Source of the DNA: Candidatus Poribacteria bacterium | Lineage (GTDB): Bacteria > Poribacteria > WGA-4E > PCPOR2b | Direction of reading: 5' to 3' | Assembly (NCBI GenBank): GCA_965218095.1 | Contig: OZ244587.1 | Coordinates: 1,184,001-1,248,000, forward strand | Length of the DNA stretch: 64,000 nucleotides | Part shown: positions 1-10,572 of the stretch, piece after piece | Layout: the number at the start of each line of letters is the position of its first letter | How positions within the stretch are numbered: position 1 is the first letter of the stretch | Made by a program: the position numbers and the translations under genes | Notes under the pieces: generated by a model | Databases searched by the model: none | What the model saw: the letters and a program-made list of their open reading frames with translations, nothing else | What the model was told of the DNA's origin: nothing

Positions 1-483
1 CATACCCCACCGGTGGGAGCCTCGCACATAACACACGCAGCCGTTCTCGTCATTCACTGTATCCAGAGCCAACCACAAAGTTAGCGCCTCATTCGGCTCG
101 AGCATGAAGTAGAATCCATCCTGATGGGGCGGCGTCTCCACCCCGATTCGGGCCGGCTTGGTGAACCACTGCATGTTCTTAGTCACAACCCCATCGTCCA
201 GCAGCAATTCCGCCAGTTTGACGAAGCGGTCGCTGGAATAGAGTTCCTTAAAATGGTTATCGTAATCAGCCATGGCTTGCAGCCGCATGATAGTTTCGGG
301 CTGACCTTTGACTTCGTAAAAAGCGGCATCAGACGGTAATTGCGGCAGTAACTCCGTTATGTACCAGTCAATATGCGTGTTCAACGCCTCTACCTCTGCA
401 GGGGCGTAAAAGCTTCGAATGACCACATACCCATCGCGGTCAAAGGCTTCCTTGAGTTGCTGTGAATTATTCTGCCAATCCAT
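1..483 (-). CDS. PhyH-family (phytanoyl-CoA dioxygenase-like) protein, runs off the window start
   Basis: Manual translation from ATG at 483 gives MDWQNNSQQLKEAFDRDGYVV...TPPHQDGFYF...WLALDTVNDENGCVCYVRGSH, with the HxD and NGC..GSH motifs. Confidence 0.88.
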   Translation of the reverse strand, partial: MDWQNNSQQLKEAFDRDGYVVIRSFYAPAEVEALNTHIDWYITELLPQLPSDAAFYEVKGQPETIMRLQAMADYDNHFKELYSSDRFVKLAELLLDDGVVTKNMQWFTKPARIGVETPPHQDGFYFMLEPNEALTLWLALDTVNDENGCVCYVRGSHRWGM

Positions 484-600
484 CTGAACTCCTTTCCGTT
501 AGGGCGCAGCTATGTTATCCAAATGGGGATGAATCATCCACAGAAAGAAAGGAATTTAACTCCTTCCATTCCTTCTATCTCCTCCGTGTGTTGTGGTGCA

Positions 601-1707
601 TTATTCTTCCACCCTCAACTTTACCCAACGAGTGTGGGTAACTCCCTCCACAGTACACCAGAAATAGGTCATCAGATCGCTGTCCGGCAAGAGCACCCCG
701 CCAGGCTTGCCAAAAGCGATTTGCATGTGTTCTGCCAGGAAATTCTCGTTTTCAGGTTCCCCCAAGCTAACTTCCTTGCCTGCATCGAAAACCACAATTT
801 CATTCTCCACATCAAAATGCTCCAAATCTTCGGTCAAAGCTACATGGATGCCCTGAGGCTCATGTCGGAAATTGTATATTGCCGCCAACCGACCGTCGGG
901 CAAAGAGATAGGAGTGCAAACCTGACCACGCAGATTCGTTGGCCGGGGTTCAGACCAAGTACGTCCCTGGTCTTCTGAGATGACCCAATGATTCGTCAAG
1001 TCCTCGGAGGCACCGTACTGATGGGTCCATATCATGGTATAGATCCTGCTATCCGGCAAGACCGTACACATCTGATCCCACCAGAGTAGTGCGCCCGTGG
1101 GGTCATCTGCAACTACAGTGAACTCTCCCCAAGTCTGCGCCTGGTCCGCGGAGAATACCACCGCCGCTTTCTGATCGGGGGGACCTTCATAGCCTTCCGG
1201 TTTCCACGTTTCCAGGGGGTACATCCACCGATCTGGCGCCAGTTGCAACAGGACGCCAGCCCCATTCCAAGTGTACTTCTCGGGCGGCAGATCCACCGGC
1301 ACAACCTGTGGCGCCGACCAAGTCTTCCCTCCATCCCCTGACCAGAACAGCAGCATCTCCGGACGCTGCAGGGCTTCCGATTCCGAATCAAAGAGCTTTT
1401 CACTGCTGGTCTCAAAGCGGGTTGCAGTCATCACCAAGCGCCCGTCCGGCGCCTCGTTTATCTTCGGTCCCCGGTAGGACCATCCGTCCGTCGGCGCGCC
1501 TCTACCATGAATACTGCCTTCATTAATCCACGTCACGCCCCCATCCATTGAGCGGAGCACCTCAATATGATTATCCGGCGTGCCTAAGCCCTGCCCCACA
1601 TGCTGGCAGGCAATGAAACTCCCATCTGCGAAGGGCGTGATCACAGGCATATAGGCACCCCGTCCTTTTTGGTGGGAAAGGATACCGCTATCAACAATTT
1701 TCAACAT
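601..1707 (-). CDS. Sialidase/BNR (Asp-box) repeat protein
   Basis: Several Asp-boxes: SMDGGVTW, SGDGGKTW, SADQAQTW, SEDQGRTW. Confidence 0.85.
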   Translation of the reverse strand: MLKIVDSGILSHQKGRGAYMPVITPFADGSFIACQHVGQGLGTPDNHIEVLRSMDGGVTWINEGSIHGRGAPTDGWSYRGPKINEAPDGRLVMTATRFETSSEKLFDSESEALQRPEMLLFWSGDGGKTWSAPQVVPVDLPPEKYTWNGAGVLLQLAPDRWMYPLETWKPEGYEGPPDQKAAVVFSADQAQTWGEFTVVADDPTGALLWWDQMCTVLPDSRIYTMIWTHQYGASEDLTNHWVISEDQGRTWSEPRPTNLRGQVCTPISLPDGRLAAIYNFRHEPQGIHVALTEDLEHFDVENEIVVFDAGKEVSLGEPENENFLAEHMQIAFGKPGGVLLPDSDLMTYFWCTVEGVTHTRWVKLRVEE

Positions 1708-2343
1708 CTCTTATCTACCCCTTTCAAAATCAATACCCGACTCCTTTTTCAGGCACAAGCTTTTCGGTTAGCATAGTAGAGCGAGCGGATCGCTTGTTCC
1801 GCCTGAGAGTAAATCGCCAAAATAAGCTGGCAGTATACTCTACCATCCCACTTTCAACTCAAGTAAGTACCTGGATTTCGTCCAAAGAAGTGGAGGTTCC
1901 ATTGATCTGCCGAGGGCTAATCAGCCCAGTGGTAGTGCGGTGCAAAATGGTCAAAAGATGGATCCTATGGTTAGTTTTGGTATCTCAGGAAGCCTTTCTA
2001 TCACGTCGTTCATTTTTGCGGGTGGTTCAAAGCGTGGCTATATGGCGCCTTGGAGGCCGCCCTGCTGATGGGGGAAGACGCCCCACCGGCACAAACTGTT
2101 GAGTTAATCGGGTTAAGCCTCCAAACCCTAAAATCGCGTGGGATAAAGCGTTTCCTGCGCCAAATTCTCTTTTTGTCTGTCAGGTCGTGTTTTGCGGGAA
2201 AAGGGTCATAGGGATTGCACTGACCCCTTTATATCCCTTGATAGATCGCATCACAACTGCGTTACAAGTCTTGCTAAAGCCGTATAACATCCGGGTGATA
2301 TTGAACGAAATCTAGGTAACTAATCAGATCTTTTCAAGATTTC

Positions 2344-3207
2344 TCAATCAACCGAAATACGATAGGAGTTGCGGTCGATAATCTCATGGTCTGATGAGCG
2401 AGCCTTCTTGAGCGCATGATCGGTAACCGGCAAATAGTAATGTGTCTCAGCGTTTAGTGAGATAAAGCCTTCTGCATACGCGCAGCCTCCCGCAATGCCA
2501 AACGCCCCATCGCTAGTTTCGATTCGCTTGCGGGCATAGGCACCACCGTATCCCTGACTCACCAGATAATCCAGAGCCGCCAGCTTTTTATCTGCCACAT
2601 CCGTGATGTCAATGAATACATCGTTATAGTAGCCGCCCTCGGACTGCCATACGTTTCGCGGCACGCTCGCTGCACCCGTGCCGAAGAAAAAGACCTGCAC
2701 GGTCTTGTGAGGCGGGTTCCGATCTCCCGGATCAACACCGCCTGCAAACGAGATCGCGTGCATTACAATCTGCCCGGCAATTGCGTGCGGGTTTGTGAGC
2801 CCATCGCTCTCCTTGGGAAAATGAGTCAGGATGATGTCTGGACGCAACTCACGCAATAATCGCGCAAGGCGTTTTACCGTGTCTTCTGTAACGAGGAGTA
2901 CCGCGTCATCTGCGCCGAAAAAGTAGATGTCTTCGATCCCCAAGATCTTGCAAGCCGCACGGACTTCATCCGTCTTGACATCCGAACGTTCCTGCATAAG
3001 TGCTAGCAGTTCAGAACCGTCCGGAACTTCTTTACGATGAAACATCGAGTCACTGATCACGGTATCATGTACCCGAGCCCCGTGGGTCAAGACAACACAG
3101 CCGACATAATCCCCCCGGCTGGTGTGGTGGGCCATGGCACCCCCGGACTGGTCAAAAATATCAGCCGGGTGCGCTCCGATTGAGAGTAGGCGTAAGGATT
3201 CAGCCAT
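2344..3207 (-). CDS. PIG-L/LmbE-family deacetylase
   Basis: GAHPAD motif, RPDIILTH, C-terminal YAEGF. Confidence 0.85.
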   Translation of the reverse strand: MAESLRLLSIGAHPADIFDQSGGAMAHHTSRGDYVGCVVLTHGARVHDTVISDSMFHRKEVPDGSELLALMQERSDVKTDEVRAACKILGIEDIYFFGADDAVLLVTEDTVKRLARLLRELRPDIILTHFPKESDGLTNPHAIAGQIVMHAISFAGGVDPGDRNPPHKTVQVFFFGTGAASVPRNVWQSEGGYYNDVFIDITDVADKKLAALDYLVSQGYGGAYARKRIETSDGAFGIAGGCAYAEGFISLNAETHYYLPVTDHALKKARSSDHEIIDRNSYRISVD

Positions 3208-3249
3208 TTTTTATGTCTCCTTTCCGATGTATTGATTCCTGGCTCTATT

Positions 3250-4488
3250 TCATAATCTCTCCAGCACCATCCCTTCCCGCTCAATCCGCGCGAACATTTC
3301 CCGGTACGCCGGCGTTCCGTCGTCGTCCCAGTATTCGGTGGAGATGGGTGCGTCATAGCTCATCGGGATAAGACGACTCCGATCCGGCCGCACCATAAAC
3401 AGGGAATTCTTGGGATCTGCGATATTGTACATCTTCGTCCCGTTTTTGAACTGGGACTTGATGATCCACTTTTTCTGTTCGGGCAACTTCAGTTTCTCCA
3501 GGCGCTCTAGTTCGTCGCGGTCAAGCGTGACCCCCAGGCCCGGTTTTTCCGGTACGCGCAAAAAGCCGTTAATTGGCTCCAGTCGCTCCTTCACGACATC
3601 ACTCTTCCACGTTTCAGTGTCGGCGAAGAAGTGGAAGGTCGCCGTGGGAAACGCAGCCATCATGTGTGTCGTCATGGCGCGGGTGATGTTCCCGCCGACG
3701 TTCTGGAGCATGAAAGGACTATTGTTCGCGGCAAAGAGTCCAGCGCGGCGAATAGCGTCCCCGATTCTGGCATGTCCCAGCATGTACGCATCGGCTGGCT
3801 TCATCAACACTTCGTAGGTCGCGCCCATAGGAAAATGGTGGAGGACAACGGGCAACCGACAACGCTTGCGCAACTCGATATACCCCTGAATATCCTCCCC
3901 TGGAAGGGGGTCCTCAAAGCAGCCAGCGATAGGGTATTGAGCCAGTTTGTCGAGCAACGTGAACATATGATCGTCGGTACCGTGCATGGTGAAGTCGTAG
4001 TGGATCTTGAACCCTTCTGGCGTCACCGCCTGCATTGCCTCGGTCTGATCGATGATGTTCTCAAAGGGGGAGAGGTGAAATTTCAGCCATGTGTACCCCT
4101 GTGCCGCATACTGCTCAACCGTCTCAGCCATGCGTCGAGGATGCGTGGAGACCGTCCAACTCCCCACCGGTACCCAGGAGCGATACTTCTGTCCAAACAA
4201 CTTGTAGGCCGGCACACCCGCAAACTTTCCCATTAAGTCGTACATCGCCGTTCCCAGCCCCAAGGATGTCTCGTCCCCTATCCAGTCGAAGGGATTGGTC
4301 CCGATGTACTGGTCAATGACCTCCTCTGGTTCTGTCGAGCCTCCCTCTCCTAGTCCTACCAGTCCGTCCTCCGTGTGAACAACGTACACGCTGCGCCCTA
4401 CGGGGCCGTAGAAGTGATTGAGTTGGTAGGCGATCCAGTCCTCGTATTCAAGGGTGATTCCGTGGACTTCGATCTCGGTGATTTTCAT
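3250..4488 (-). CDS. Mandelate racemase/muconate lactonizing enzyme (enolase superfamily)
   Basis: MKITEIE start, GLVGLGE, YDLMGKFAGVPAYKLFG, FEDP, PEKPGLGV. Confidence 0.88.
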   Translation of the reverse strand: MKITEIEVHGITLEYEDWIAYQLNHFYGPVGRSVYVVHTEDGLVGLGEGGSTEPEEVIDQYIGTNPFDWIGDETSLGLGTAMYDLMGKFAGVPAYKLFGQKYRSWVPVGSWTVSTHPRRMAETVEQYAAQGYTWLKFHLSPFENIIDQTEAMQAVTPEGFKIHYDFTMHGTDDHMFTLLDKLAQYPIAGCFEDPLPGEDIQGYIELRKRCRLPVVLHHFPMGATYEVLMKPADAYMLGHARIGDAIRRAGLFAANNSPFMLQNVGGNITRAMTTHMMAAFPTATFHFFADTETWKSDVVKERLEPINGFLRVPEKPGLGVTLDRDELERLEKLKLPEQKKWIIKSQFKNGTKMYNIADPKNSLFMVRPDRSRLIPMSYDAPISTEYWDDDGTPAYREMFARIEREGMVLERL

Positions 4489-4615
4489 GGCACCCCTCCA
4501 TTTGGGTTTTTCATCTCATGTTTTTTTCTTGATGATTTAGCGATTCTTAAATGCGTATAGGGTAGGGCAGTGGATTCTCCAGAAACTCTATATGGACTTA
4601 CGCCGACGATACTTT

Positions 4616-5257
4616 TCATGATGCTCCACCCGCCCACAACGCCAGCAATTTCTGGGAAGATATCACGTCGAGGCCTATGGCGCGAAATTGCCGCAGCGCA
4701 GCCTCATGCCCACCGGGGCGAGGGGAACGGACACAGTCTTCAACGACCACCACGTAATAATCCTTATTCGTCGCATCCCAGGCGGTCGCCTCGACACACC
4801 AGTCCGTCGAACAGCCGACGAGAATGACGGTTTCCCGCTGAAGCGAACGGAGAAGCAGTTGAAAATCTGTCCCTTCAAACGCGCTGCCACGGTCCTTGGG
4901 TATGATGCAATCTTCGGGCTGAGGCTCCAAGCCGGGGTGCACCTGCATGCTTTCGTCGGCGGGGTCAAACCGGGAACTGAACTGTTCCGGGGCGTGACCG
5001 AGATTCATCAACACGCGGATATAAGCAGCCGAAATGTTCCGCAAACCGGGTCCGCGCGTGTTGTAGAAGAAAAAGACGGGCAGACCCGCAGACCTAGCTA
5101 CACATGTTAGATTCTTTACTTTATCAAAAATTACCCAATCGGCACCCTGTTCCCACATCCTCGTATTTTGGATATCGATAACCGCCAAGGCTGCACGCTC
5201 TGGAGCAACCACTTCGGCGAAAGTTTCACAAACGCGCTTTCCTACAATATTCAACAT
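4616..5257 (-). CDS. Isochorismatase/cysteine hydrolase
   Basis: ALAVIDIQN, K..SAFEGTD, GCSTDWCVEATAWDA, VVEDC. Confidence 0.9.
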   Translation of the reverse strand: MLNIVGKRVCETFAEVVAPERAALAVIDIQNTRMWEQGADWVIFDKVKNLTCVARSAGLPVFFFYNTRGPGLRNISAAYIRVLMNLGHAPEQFSSRFDPADESMQVHPGLEPQPEDCIIPKDRGSAFEGTDFQLLLRSLQRETVILVGCSTDWCVEATAWDATNKDYYVVVVEDCVRSPRPGGHEAALRQFRAIGLDVISSQKLLALWAGGAS

Positions 5258-5531
5258 TTTCCGTTCCTCCCTGGGTCTTTGGCAGTAATGTCCGGTATAG
5301 TTTTTGCCTTTTCAAATGACTACCAATAGCCAAAGCATCTCGGTAAGCGGTTGCCATTGAGCCACGATGAAGACACACAACATGCCACAGCAGGTGTCGG
5401 TTTCTTCTGCGATTCCGGACCTCTCCTTGCCAAGCGTACACCATGGTAAGAAGACACCAAGTGAGTCAGCGTTTCCGGCTGGGGCTGATCAGGTGTGGCT
5501 ACTATCAACGTTTAACCGTTTGATGAGCTAG

Positions 5532-5678
5532 TTAAGGTTGGGTCGGTGTATCCCCTTCCTTTGGATTGATCGAAGCCTCTCCACCCACATCAGACAGCAA
5601 ATCCTTCCGCAGGTCGACTTCCTTGAATGGACCAAGGATGAGCCCATGCAGGTAATGAAGTGTGTGATGTGTGCGCAT
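5532..5678 (-). CDS. Small 48-aa ORF (MRTHHTLHYLHGL...), function unknown
   Basis: GGAGG RBS before ATG at 5678; sigma70-like TTGACA-N17-CACAAT promoter at 5727-5699. Confidence 0.4.
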   Translation of the reverse strand: MRTHHTLHYLHGLILGPFKEVDLRKDLLSDVGGEASINPKEGDTPTQP

Positions 5679-5892
5679 GATGAACCTCCGTAGATATAAT
5701 TGTGGCAAAAACTGTTGTTGGTGTCAAGGGAAAAATGTATAATCGTCTGTTGACGCTGTTCCTTAGCGCAGGAAGCGTACCAAGATCGATCGCCATGAAC
5801 CAACAATGGCGCAAACCCGCACCACGTCTAGCCAAACACAGTCAGGATGGAGAAAAAGAGAGGAAAGATGGGAAGGGTAAAGGGAGAGGGCA

Positions 5893-5936
5893 GCTTATCA
5901 AAGTGATAAGCGTTTTTATCACTTTGATAAGCGTTT
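5893..5936. promoter_or_regulatory. Tandem operator: two TTATCA-N3-TGATAA palindromes 21 bp apart
   Basis: gcTTATCAaagTGATAAgcgtttTTATCActtTGATAAgcgttt, between divergent promoters. Confidence 0.6.
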
Positions 5937-5990
5937 CCTCCAGAGGAAGGCAATTTGGGATAGGGCGTGAATTTACTGAGATAAAAAATC

Positions 5991-6019
5991 TTGCTGTCAC
6001 CCCACAAAACTGCTATAAT
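5991..6019 (+). promoter_or_regulatory. sigma70-type promoter
   Basis: TTGCTG-N17-TATAAT with extended -10 TG, followed by AGGAGGAGG RBS and ATG at 6046. Confidence 0.6.
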
Positions 6020-6045
6020 TCCACCATTCTTTACAGGAGGAGGCT

Positions 6046-6797
6046 ATGCTTGAGAATCTCAGTAGTGGTGTCGGAGGCTGGCGGGCGCGGCTTGGCCTCC
6101 TGACCTCCGACGATGGAATAAATGACGACGAATACTGGCAGTATTTGCCAGAAGGCGTCTCGCTGATTTTTACGCGCTACCGGACGGAGACGCGCTCCGA
6201 TCCTATTAGTCTCAGCATGGTAGATAGCTATGCCGATCTCAACTCCATTCTGGATGCGGCGGAGACTCTGCGCATCACCCGTCCCAAAGCTATTGTTTTC
6301 CTCTGTAATTCGGGCAACTTTGTACGTAGCGTGGGAGGCGATCTGGAAACCGCCGAAGCCATCCAGCGTGCAGTAAATATCCCGGCGACGACCATCAGCA
6401 CCGCCCAGGTCCAGGCGCTGCGGACGTTGGGAATGCATCGCGTGGCTGTGGCTGCCCTCTACCCGGCAGAGGTGACGCAGTTCCTTGTAAAATCCTCGAA
6501 GGGCACGGCTTCGACGTGACAGGCAGCCAGAGCGCGGGACTAGAAACCGAGTGGCAGATTGGCAACTCCCCACCCTCGGTGTGGTACAACCTCGCATGCG
6601 AGGTAGACTCGCCGGAAGCCGAGTGCGTGTTGCTAGCTTGCAGCGGCATCCGCACCGCGGCAATTATGGAACCCTTGGAAAGCGACCTGGGAAAACCGGT
6701 AGTGAGCGCGCCAGCGGTGAGCATCTGGGCGGGTTTACGTCTGGCTGGAGTGAAGGTGCCCGTATCTGGACGCGGTGTCCTGTTAGCGGACTATTGA
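6046..6797 (+). pseudogene. Maleate isomerase/Asp-Glu racemase family, frameshifted
   Basis: ORFs 6046-6519 and 6516-6797 join if one base is restored near 6493 (VK[F]LEGHGFDVTG); motifs FLCNSG, LACSG, LGKPVVSA. Confidence 0.8.
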
Positions 6798-6838
6798 TTC
6801 AAATGAAGTTGCTATGTTCTTGTCGCTGTTCATTGACA

Positions 6839-6867
6839 TTGACCTTTTTCCCACATCGTGATATGAT
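6839..6867 (+). promoter_or_regulatory. sigma70-type promoter
   Basis: TTGACC-N17-TATGAT upstream of the ORF at 6913. Confidence 0.55.
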
Positions 6868-6912
6868 TGACAAGCGAGAAGTCAAGGCGCGATTTCGGAT
6901 AGGGAGAATTTT

Positions 6913-8118
6913 ATGAAAACGGATAAGGTGAGATTGGCTATCATTGGTTGCGGTGGAATGGCAGGCGCACACCTGAACGCCTACGTTGGGCTCAAGCAAC
7001 AAGGCATTGACATCTTCGATTTTACAGCGATGTGCGACGTTGATTCGGATCGGGCGAATGCGTTTGCCGTCAAAGCTGCCGAAGCTCAAGAGGGAACACA
7101 TCCAAAAGTCTACACAGACATCAACGAAATGCTGGATGGGGAGGTATTAGACGCAGCTGACATCTGTGGTCCGCATTTTCTTCATCACACGCTTGCGATT
7201 GCCTGCTTCGAGGCAGGACTCGATGTCATTGTCGAAAAGCCACTTGCGGTGACAGTCCGTGCGGGAAGAAGGATGATCGAAAGTGCAGCAGCCCACAATC
7301 GTATCCTTGCCATTGCTGAACAGGTCCGTCGCTGGGTTAGCTCGCGCACGGTCGAATGGATGATTCACAAGGAGAAGTTGATTGGGCAGCCGCGTATGTT
7401 TTTCCGGCAGGGTATCGGCAGCCCCAACAAAGACCCAGAGAATCGCTTGCGCGATGACCCAATGGTATGGCGGAAAAACAAGCTCACCAGCGGAGGAAAC
7501 AGCATCATTGATAGTGGGGTACACTATGTAGATCTGCTGATCTATTTCTTCGGTGAACCTGATGAGATCTACGCCAGATCGGAAAATCTTAACCAATTCC
7601 AGTTCAAAGATGCAGATGGCAACTACGTTCCACAGACGGTTGAGGACACGGCGCTTGCAACGATTACATTTAAGAACGGGGTGAATGGTCAATGGACAAG
7701 CACCAGCGCCGCGCCGGGACATGGCACGAGTTACAATAGCTATCACGGAAGTCTCGGCTCGATCTACAGCAGTGGCAGCTATCCGCAATCTCCTGAGTTG
7801 CAACTGTGGGATGGGACCAAGCAAAATTCAGACACACTGCAAAGCGCTTACATGGAAAGCCTCAGCGAGTCGGAAAAACAGCGATTGTTCCCGTACGGCA
7901 TCACCGAAGGGGTAATGCTTGAAGTCTACGATTTTCTGGATGCGGTTCGCACACGTCGTCGCCCGGAACTCGACGGCACGGATGGGCTGAAAGCACAAGC
8001 CATCTGCAACGCAATCTACGAGTCAGGCTGGTGTGGACAGGCAGTGAAATTTGAAGATGTCTACAATGATAAAGTAACAGGTTATCAAGACGAGATCAAT
8101 CAACGGTGGGGGCTCTAA
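6913..8118 (+). CDS. Gfo/Idh/MocA oxidoreductase
   Basis: IIGCGGMA, VEKPLA, DSGVHYVD. Confidence 0.92.
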   Translation: MKTDKVRLAIIGCGGMAGAHLNAYVGLKQQGIDIFDFTAMCDVDSDRANAFAVKAAEAQEGTHPKVYTDINEMLDGEVLDAADICGPHFLHHTLAIACFEAGLDVIVEKPLAVTVRAGRRMIESAAAHNRILAIAEQVRRWVSSRTVEWMIHKEKLIGQPRMFFRQGIGSPNKDPENRLRDDPMVWRKNKLTSGGNSIIDSGVHYVDLLIYFFGEPDEIYARSENLNQFQFKDADGNYVPQTVEDTALATITFKNGVNGQWTSTSAAPGHGTSYNSYHGSLGSIYSSGSYPQSPELQLWDGTKQNSDTLQSAYMESLSESEKQRLFPYGITEGVMLEVYDFLDAVRTRRRPELDGTDGLKAQAICNAIYESGWCGQAVKFEDVYNDKVTGYQDEINQRWGL

Positions 8119-8148
8119 AGCCTGAGATAAAATTAAAAGAGGAAGCGC

Positions 8149-8622
8149 ATGGACTGGAGATTTACACTCGGTGTTGGCGGCGCGGTTGTCCGCGATGGGG
8201 GGCTGTTGCTCGTTCACCACACCTACGGCGCGAAGAAATGGCAGATTCCGGGGGGATACGTCAAACCTGAGGAATGCGCGCATGAGGGGGTCGTGCGGGA
8301 GGTCTACGAAGAAACCCACATCCGCGCTGAAGTCGATGGGCTTCTTGGCGTGAGACACTGTGTGAAGGAAGGCGATAATTCCACCTACCTCATTTTCAAA
8401 ATGAAGCCACTTCAGTCCAGCGATCCAATCCCTGATGGACGCGAGGTCGATGCAGCGAAGTACTTCACGCTCAAAGAGATTGGAGCATTCTCGGCAGAAG
8501 AAATCCCGGCGCTTAATCAGTGGGTAGCGCGGTGTGTCCTCGGTGGCGCACCAAATATGCTGCTAGATCAAGGCGATCCGGATGGGCTCAAGCGCCCCTA
8601 TAACCTTTACATTTGTCCTTGA
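8149..8622 (+). CDS. NUDIX hydrolase
   Basis: Nudix box PGGYVKPEECAHEGVVREVYEETH. Confidence 0.92.
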   Translation: MDWRFTLGVGGAVVRDGGLLLVHHTYGAKKWQIPGGYVKPEECAHEGVVREVYEETHIRAEVDGLLGVRHCVKEGDNSTYLIFKMKPLQSSDPIPDGREVDAAKYFTLKEIGAFSAEEIPALNQWVARCVLGGAPNMLLDQGDPDGLKRPYNLYICP

Positions 8623-8700
8623 ACGGTAACGCTTGTCCGAAAAGAAAATTAGGCGATCAGGAAATGGGTTCAGGACTTCAGAAGTTCAGGACTTCACTCG

Positions 8701-8728
8701 CGCATCACGTTTCACGTTTTACGCATCA
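8701..8728 (-). repeat. Heptamer tandem repeat (CGTGATG/CGTAAAA/CGTGAAA family)
   Basis: cgcatcacgtttcacgttttacgcatca; the same family occurs at seven other intergenic sites. Confidence 0.7.
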
Positions 8729-8738
8729 GGAGATTTCC

Positions 8739-9812
8739 ATGAATCGACACAAACAGGAATCAATTGTCAATGCAGACAATCTGCAACAGGTCTGCAGCCA
8801 GCTTTACCAAAAAGTTGGGGTTGCCAAAGCAGATGCCGAGACCATAGCAGAGATGCAGGTGTCGATGGACTTGCGCGGCGTTCATTCGCATGCCACACGG
8901 GGGATACCGCGCTATGTGCACAGCGTGATGAGCAGCGACACGAATCCAGCCCCCCAGATCAAGGTGCTTGCGGATAATCCCGCTTCCGCCCTATTAGACG
9001 GAGATCGCGGATTGGGACACCTCGTCGGCATCCGCGCCATGAACATAGCGATTGAAAAGGCGAAGGTCGCATCGATTGGGATGGTTGTTGTGCGCAACAG
9101 CGAACACTTCGGCGCGGCATCCAGCCATGCGATGCGAGCGCTTGAACACGATATGATCGGCTTTGCAACAACGAACGGTACCGGTGTGAATGTAGCAGTT
9201 TTTGGCGCTGGGACAAACTCAATCGGCAACAACGCCCTTGCTTTTGCCATTCCCGCAGGAGAAGAACCACCAATCGTGTTGGATATGGCTTGTGGTGCGG
9301 CGGCTGCCGGCAGAATTGGGACGGCGCGGATGTATAATGAAAAGATCCCTCCGGGTTGGGGACTCGACGAAAATGGGGAGGAGACCGATGATCCGTCAAA
9401 GGTGGCTGCTATCCTTCCTGCGGGAGGCCCGAAGGGTTCCGCGCTCGCAATCGTCATGGATGTGTTATGCGGTCCGTTGAGCGGTGGACTCATGGGCATC
9501 AATAAAAAATTCCAGCCGGAAGATGCACCGCCTGAAAAAGTCGCAACTGCGCACTTTTTTCTCGCGATTAACATCGCTAGTCTGACCTCCGTCGATGAGT
9601 TCAAAGCGGAAATTGATCGGCAGATCTGCATGACGCGCCAAGCCAAGCCCCGCAAGGGATTTGATCGCGTAACCCTCCCCGGCGAAATCGAATGGGAGTT
9701 GACCCAGGAACGTCGTGTGAACGGGATTCCCCTCCACAAGTCCCAGTTACAATCCCTCGAAGAAGTTGCAGATGAGTTAGGGGTACACATCCCCTGGGAA
9801 AGGCAACAATGA
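8739..9812 (+). CDS. Ldh_2-family (malate/L-lactate/ureidoglycolate) dehydrogenase
   Basis: DLRGVHSHA, RNSEHFGA, LDMA, GGPKGSAL, LPGEIE; start placed at the ATG at 8739 after AGGAG. Confidence 0.9.
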   Translation: MNRHKQESIVNADNLQQVCSQLYQKVGVAKADAETIAEMQVSMDLRGVHSHATRGIPRYVHSVMSSDTNPAPQIKVLADNPASALLDGDRGLGHLVGIRAMNIAIEKAKVASIGMVVVRNSEHFGAASSHAMRALEHDMIGFATTNGTGVNVAVFGAGTNSIGNNALAFAIPAGEEPPIVLDMACGAAAAGRIGTARMYNEKIPPGWGLDENGEETDDPSKVAAILPAGGPKGSALAIVMDVLCGPLSGGLMGINKKFQPEDAPPEKVATAHFFLAINIASLTSVDEFKAEIDRQICMTRQAKPRKGFDRVTLPGEIEWELTQERRVNGIPLHKSQLQSLEEVADELGVHIPWERQQ

Positions 9813-9837
9813 AATTCAGGAAGCAGGAGAAGAAAGA

Positions 9838-10572
9838 ATGTCGAAACCAGATATCTTGACAACCAATCAGATCGAGTTTTTCAAAGCAAGCGGATACCTG
9901 ATCCTTGAAGACTTAATTGAACCAGCTATCATTGAAAGCTGGCGAGAGCAGATCTGGACGCATTTCGGTTCTAGCCTGGAAGAACCGGATACGTGGCCCG
10001 ACGACTATGTTGTGAAAGATTTGAACTTCTCACCCCTCTTCGGGAAACTCCCAGCAATGCAAGCGATTGTCGAACAGCTCGGTGGTGGTAAGTTTACAGG
10101 CGGCGGTGGGTCGTCGTTGGTCAAATGGCCCAATCCGGATGGCGAGTGGTCAATGCCGGGCAGTGGACATATCGATGCTTATGGCCCCGGTGGTTGGAGT
10201 CCCTTCATGTTGGGCGCGACGACCTATCTCTACGATGTTGAGCCAGGAGGAGGCGCCTTCGTTTATTGGCCCGAAAGCCATCATACGACACACAGATATT
10301 TCCTTCAATATCCCGAACAGATTGACGGGAGTTTCAGAAATGTCGAAGGTTGGGGCTGGCATGTATTTTCAGATCTATTACTAGAGGGACCGCGGGAATT
10401 CACAGCCGTCGCGGGAAGTGTTGTCCTGTGGCACGCTTTTCTCTGCCACACCGGTTCAGGCAATGTGAGGTCTATTCCGCGCTTCGGGTTATTTGCTCGT
10501 TACACCCACAAATGCAAGGATGAAATTAGATATGAAATTCCGAAAGATCTCTGGAAGTATTGGGTAATTTGA
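9838..10572 (+). CDS. PhyH-family dioxygenase
   Basis: FKASGYLIL, GHID, WPESHH, AGSVVLWHAFLCH. Confidence 0.85.
   Translation: MSKPDILTTNQIEFFKASGYLILEDLIEPAIIESWREQIWTHFGSSLEEPDTWPDDYVVKDLNFSPLFGKLPAMQAIVEQLGGGKFTGGGGSSLVKWPNPDGEWSMPGSGHIDAYGPGGWSPFMLGATTYLYDVEPGGGAFVYWPESHHTTHRYFLQYPEQIDGSFRNVEGWGWHVFSDLLLEGPREFTAVAGSVVLWHAFLCHTGSGNVRSIPRFGLFARYTHKCKDEIRYEIPKDLWKYWVI

Noticed and set aside
1947-2102. Short ORF with a Tat-like SRRSFLR motif
   Set aside because: No convincing RBS, hydrophobic region or mature domain; the region remains unexplained.
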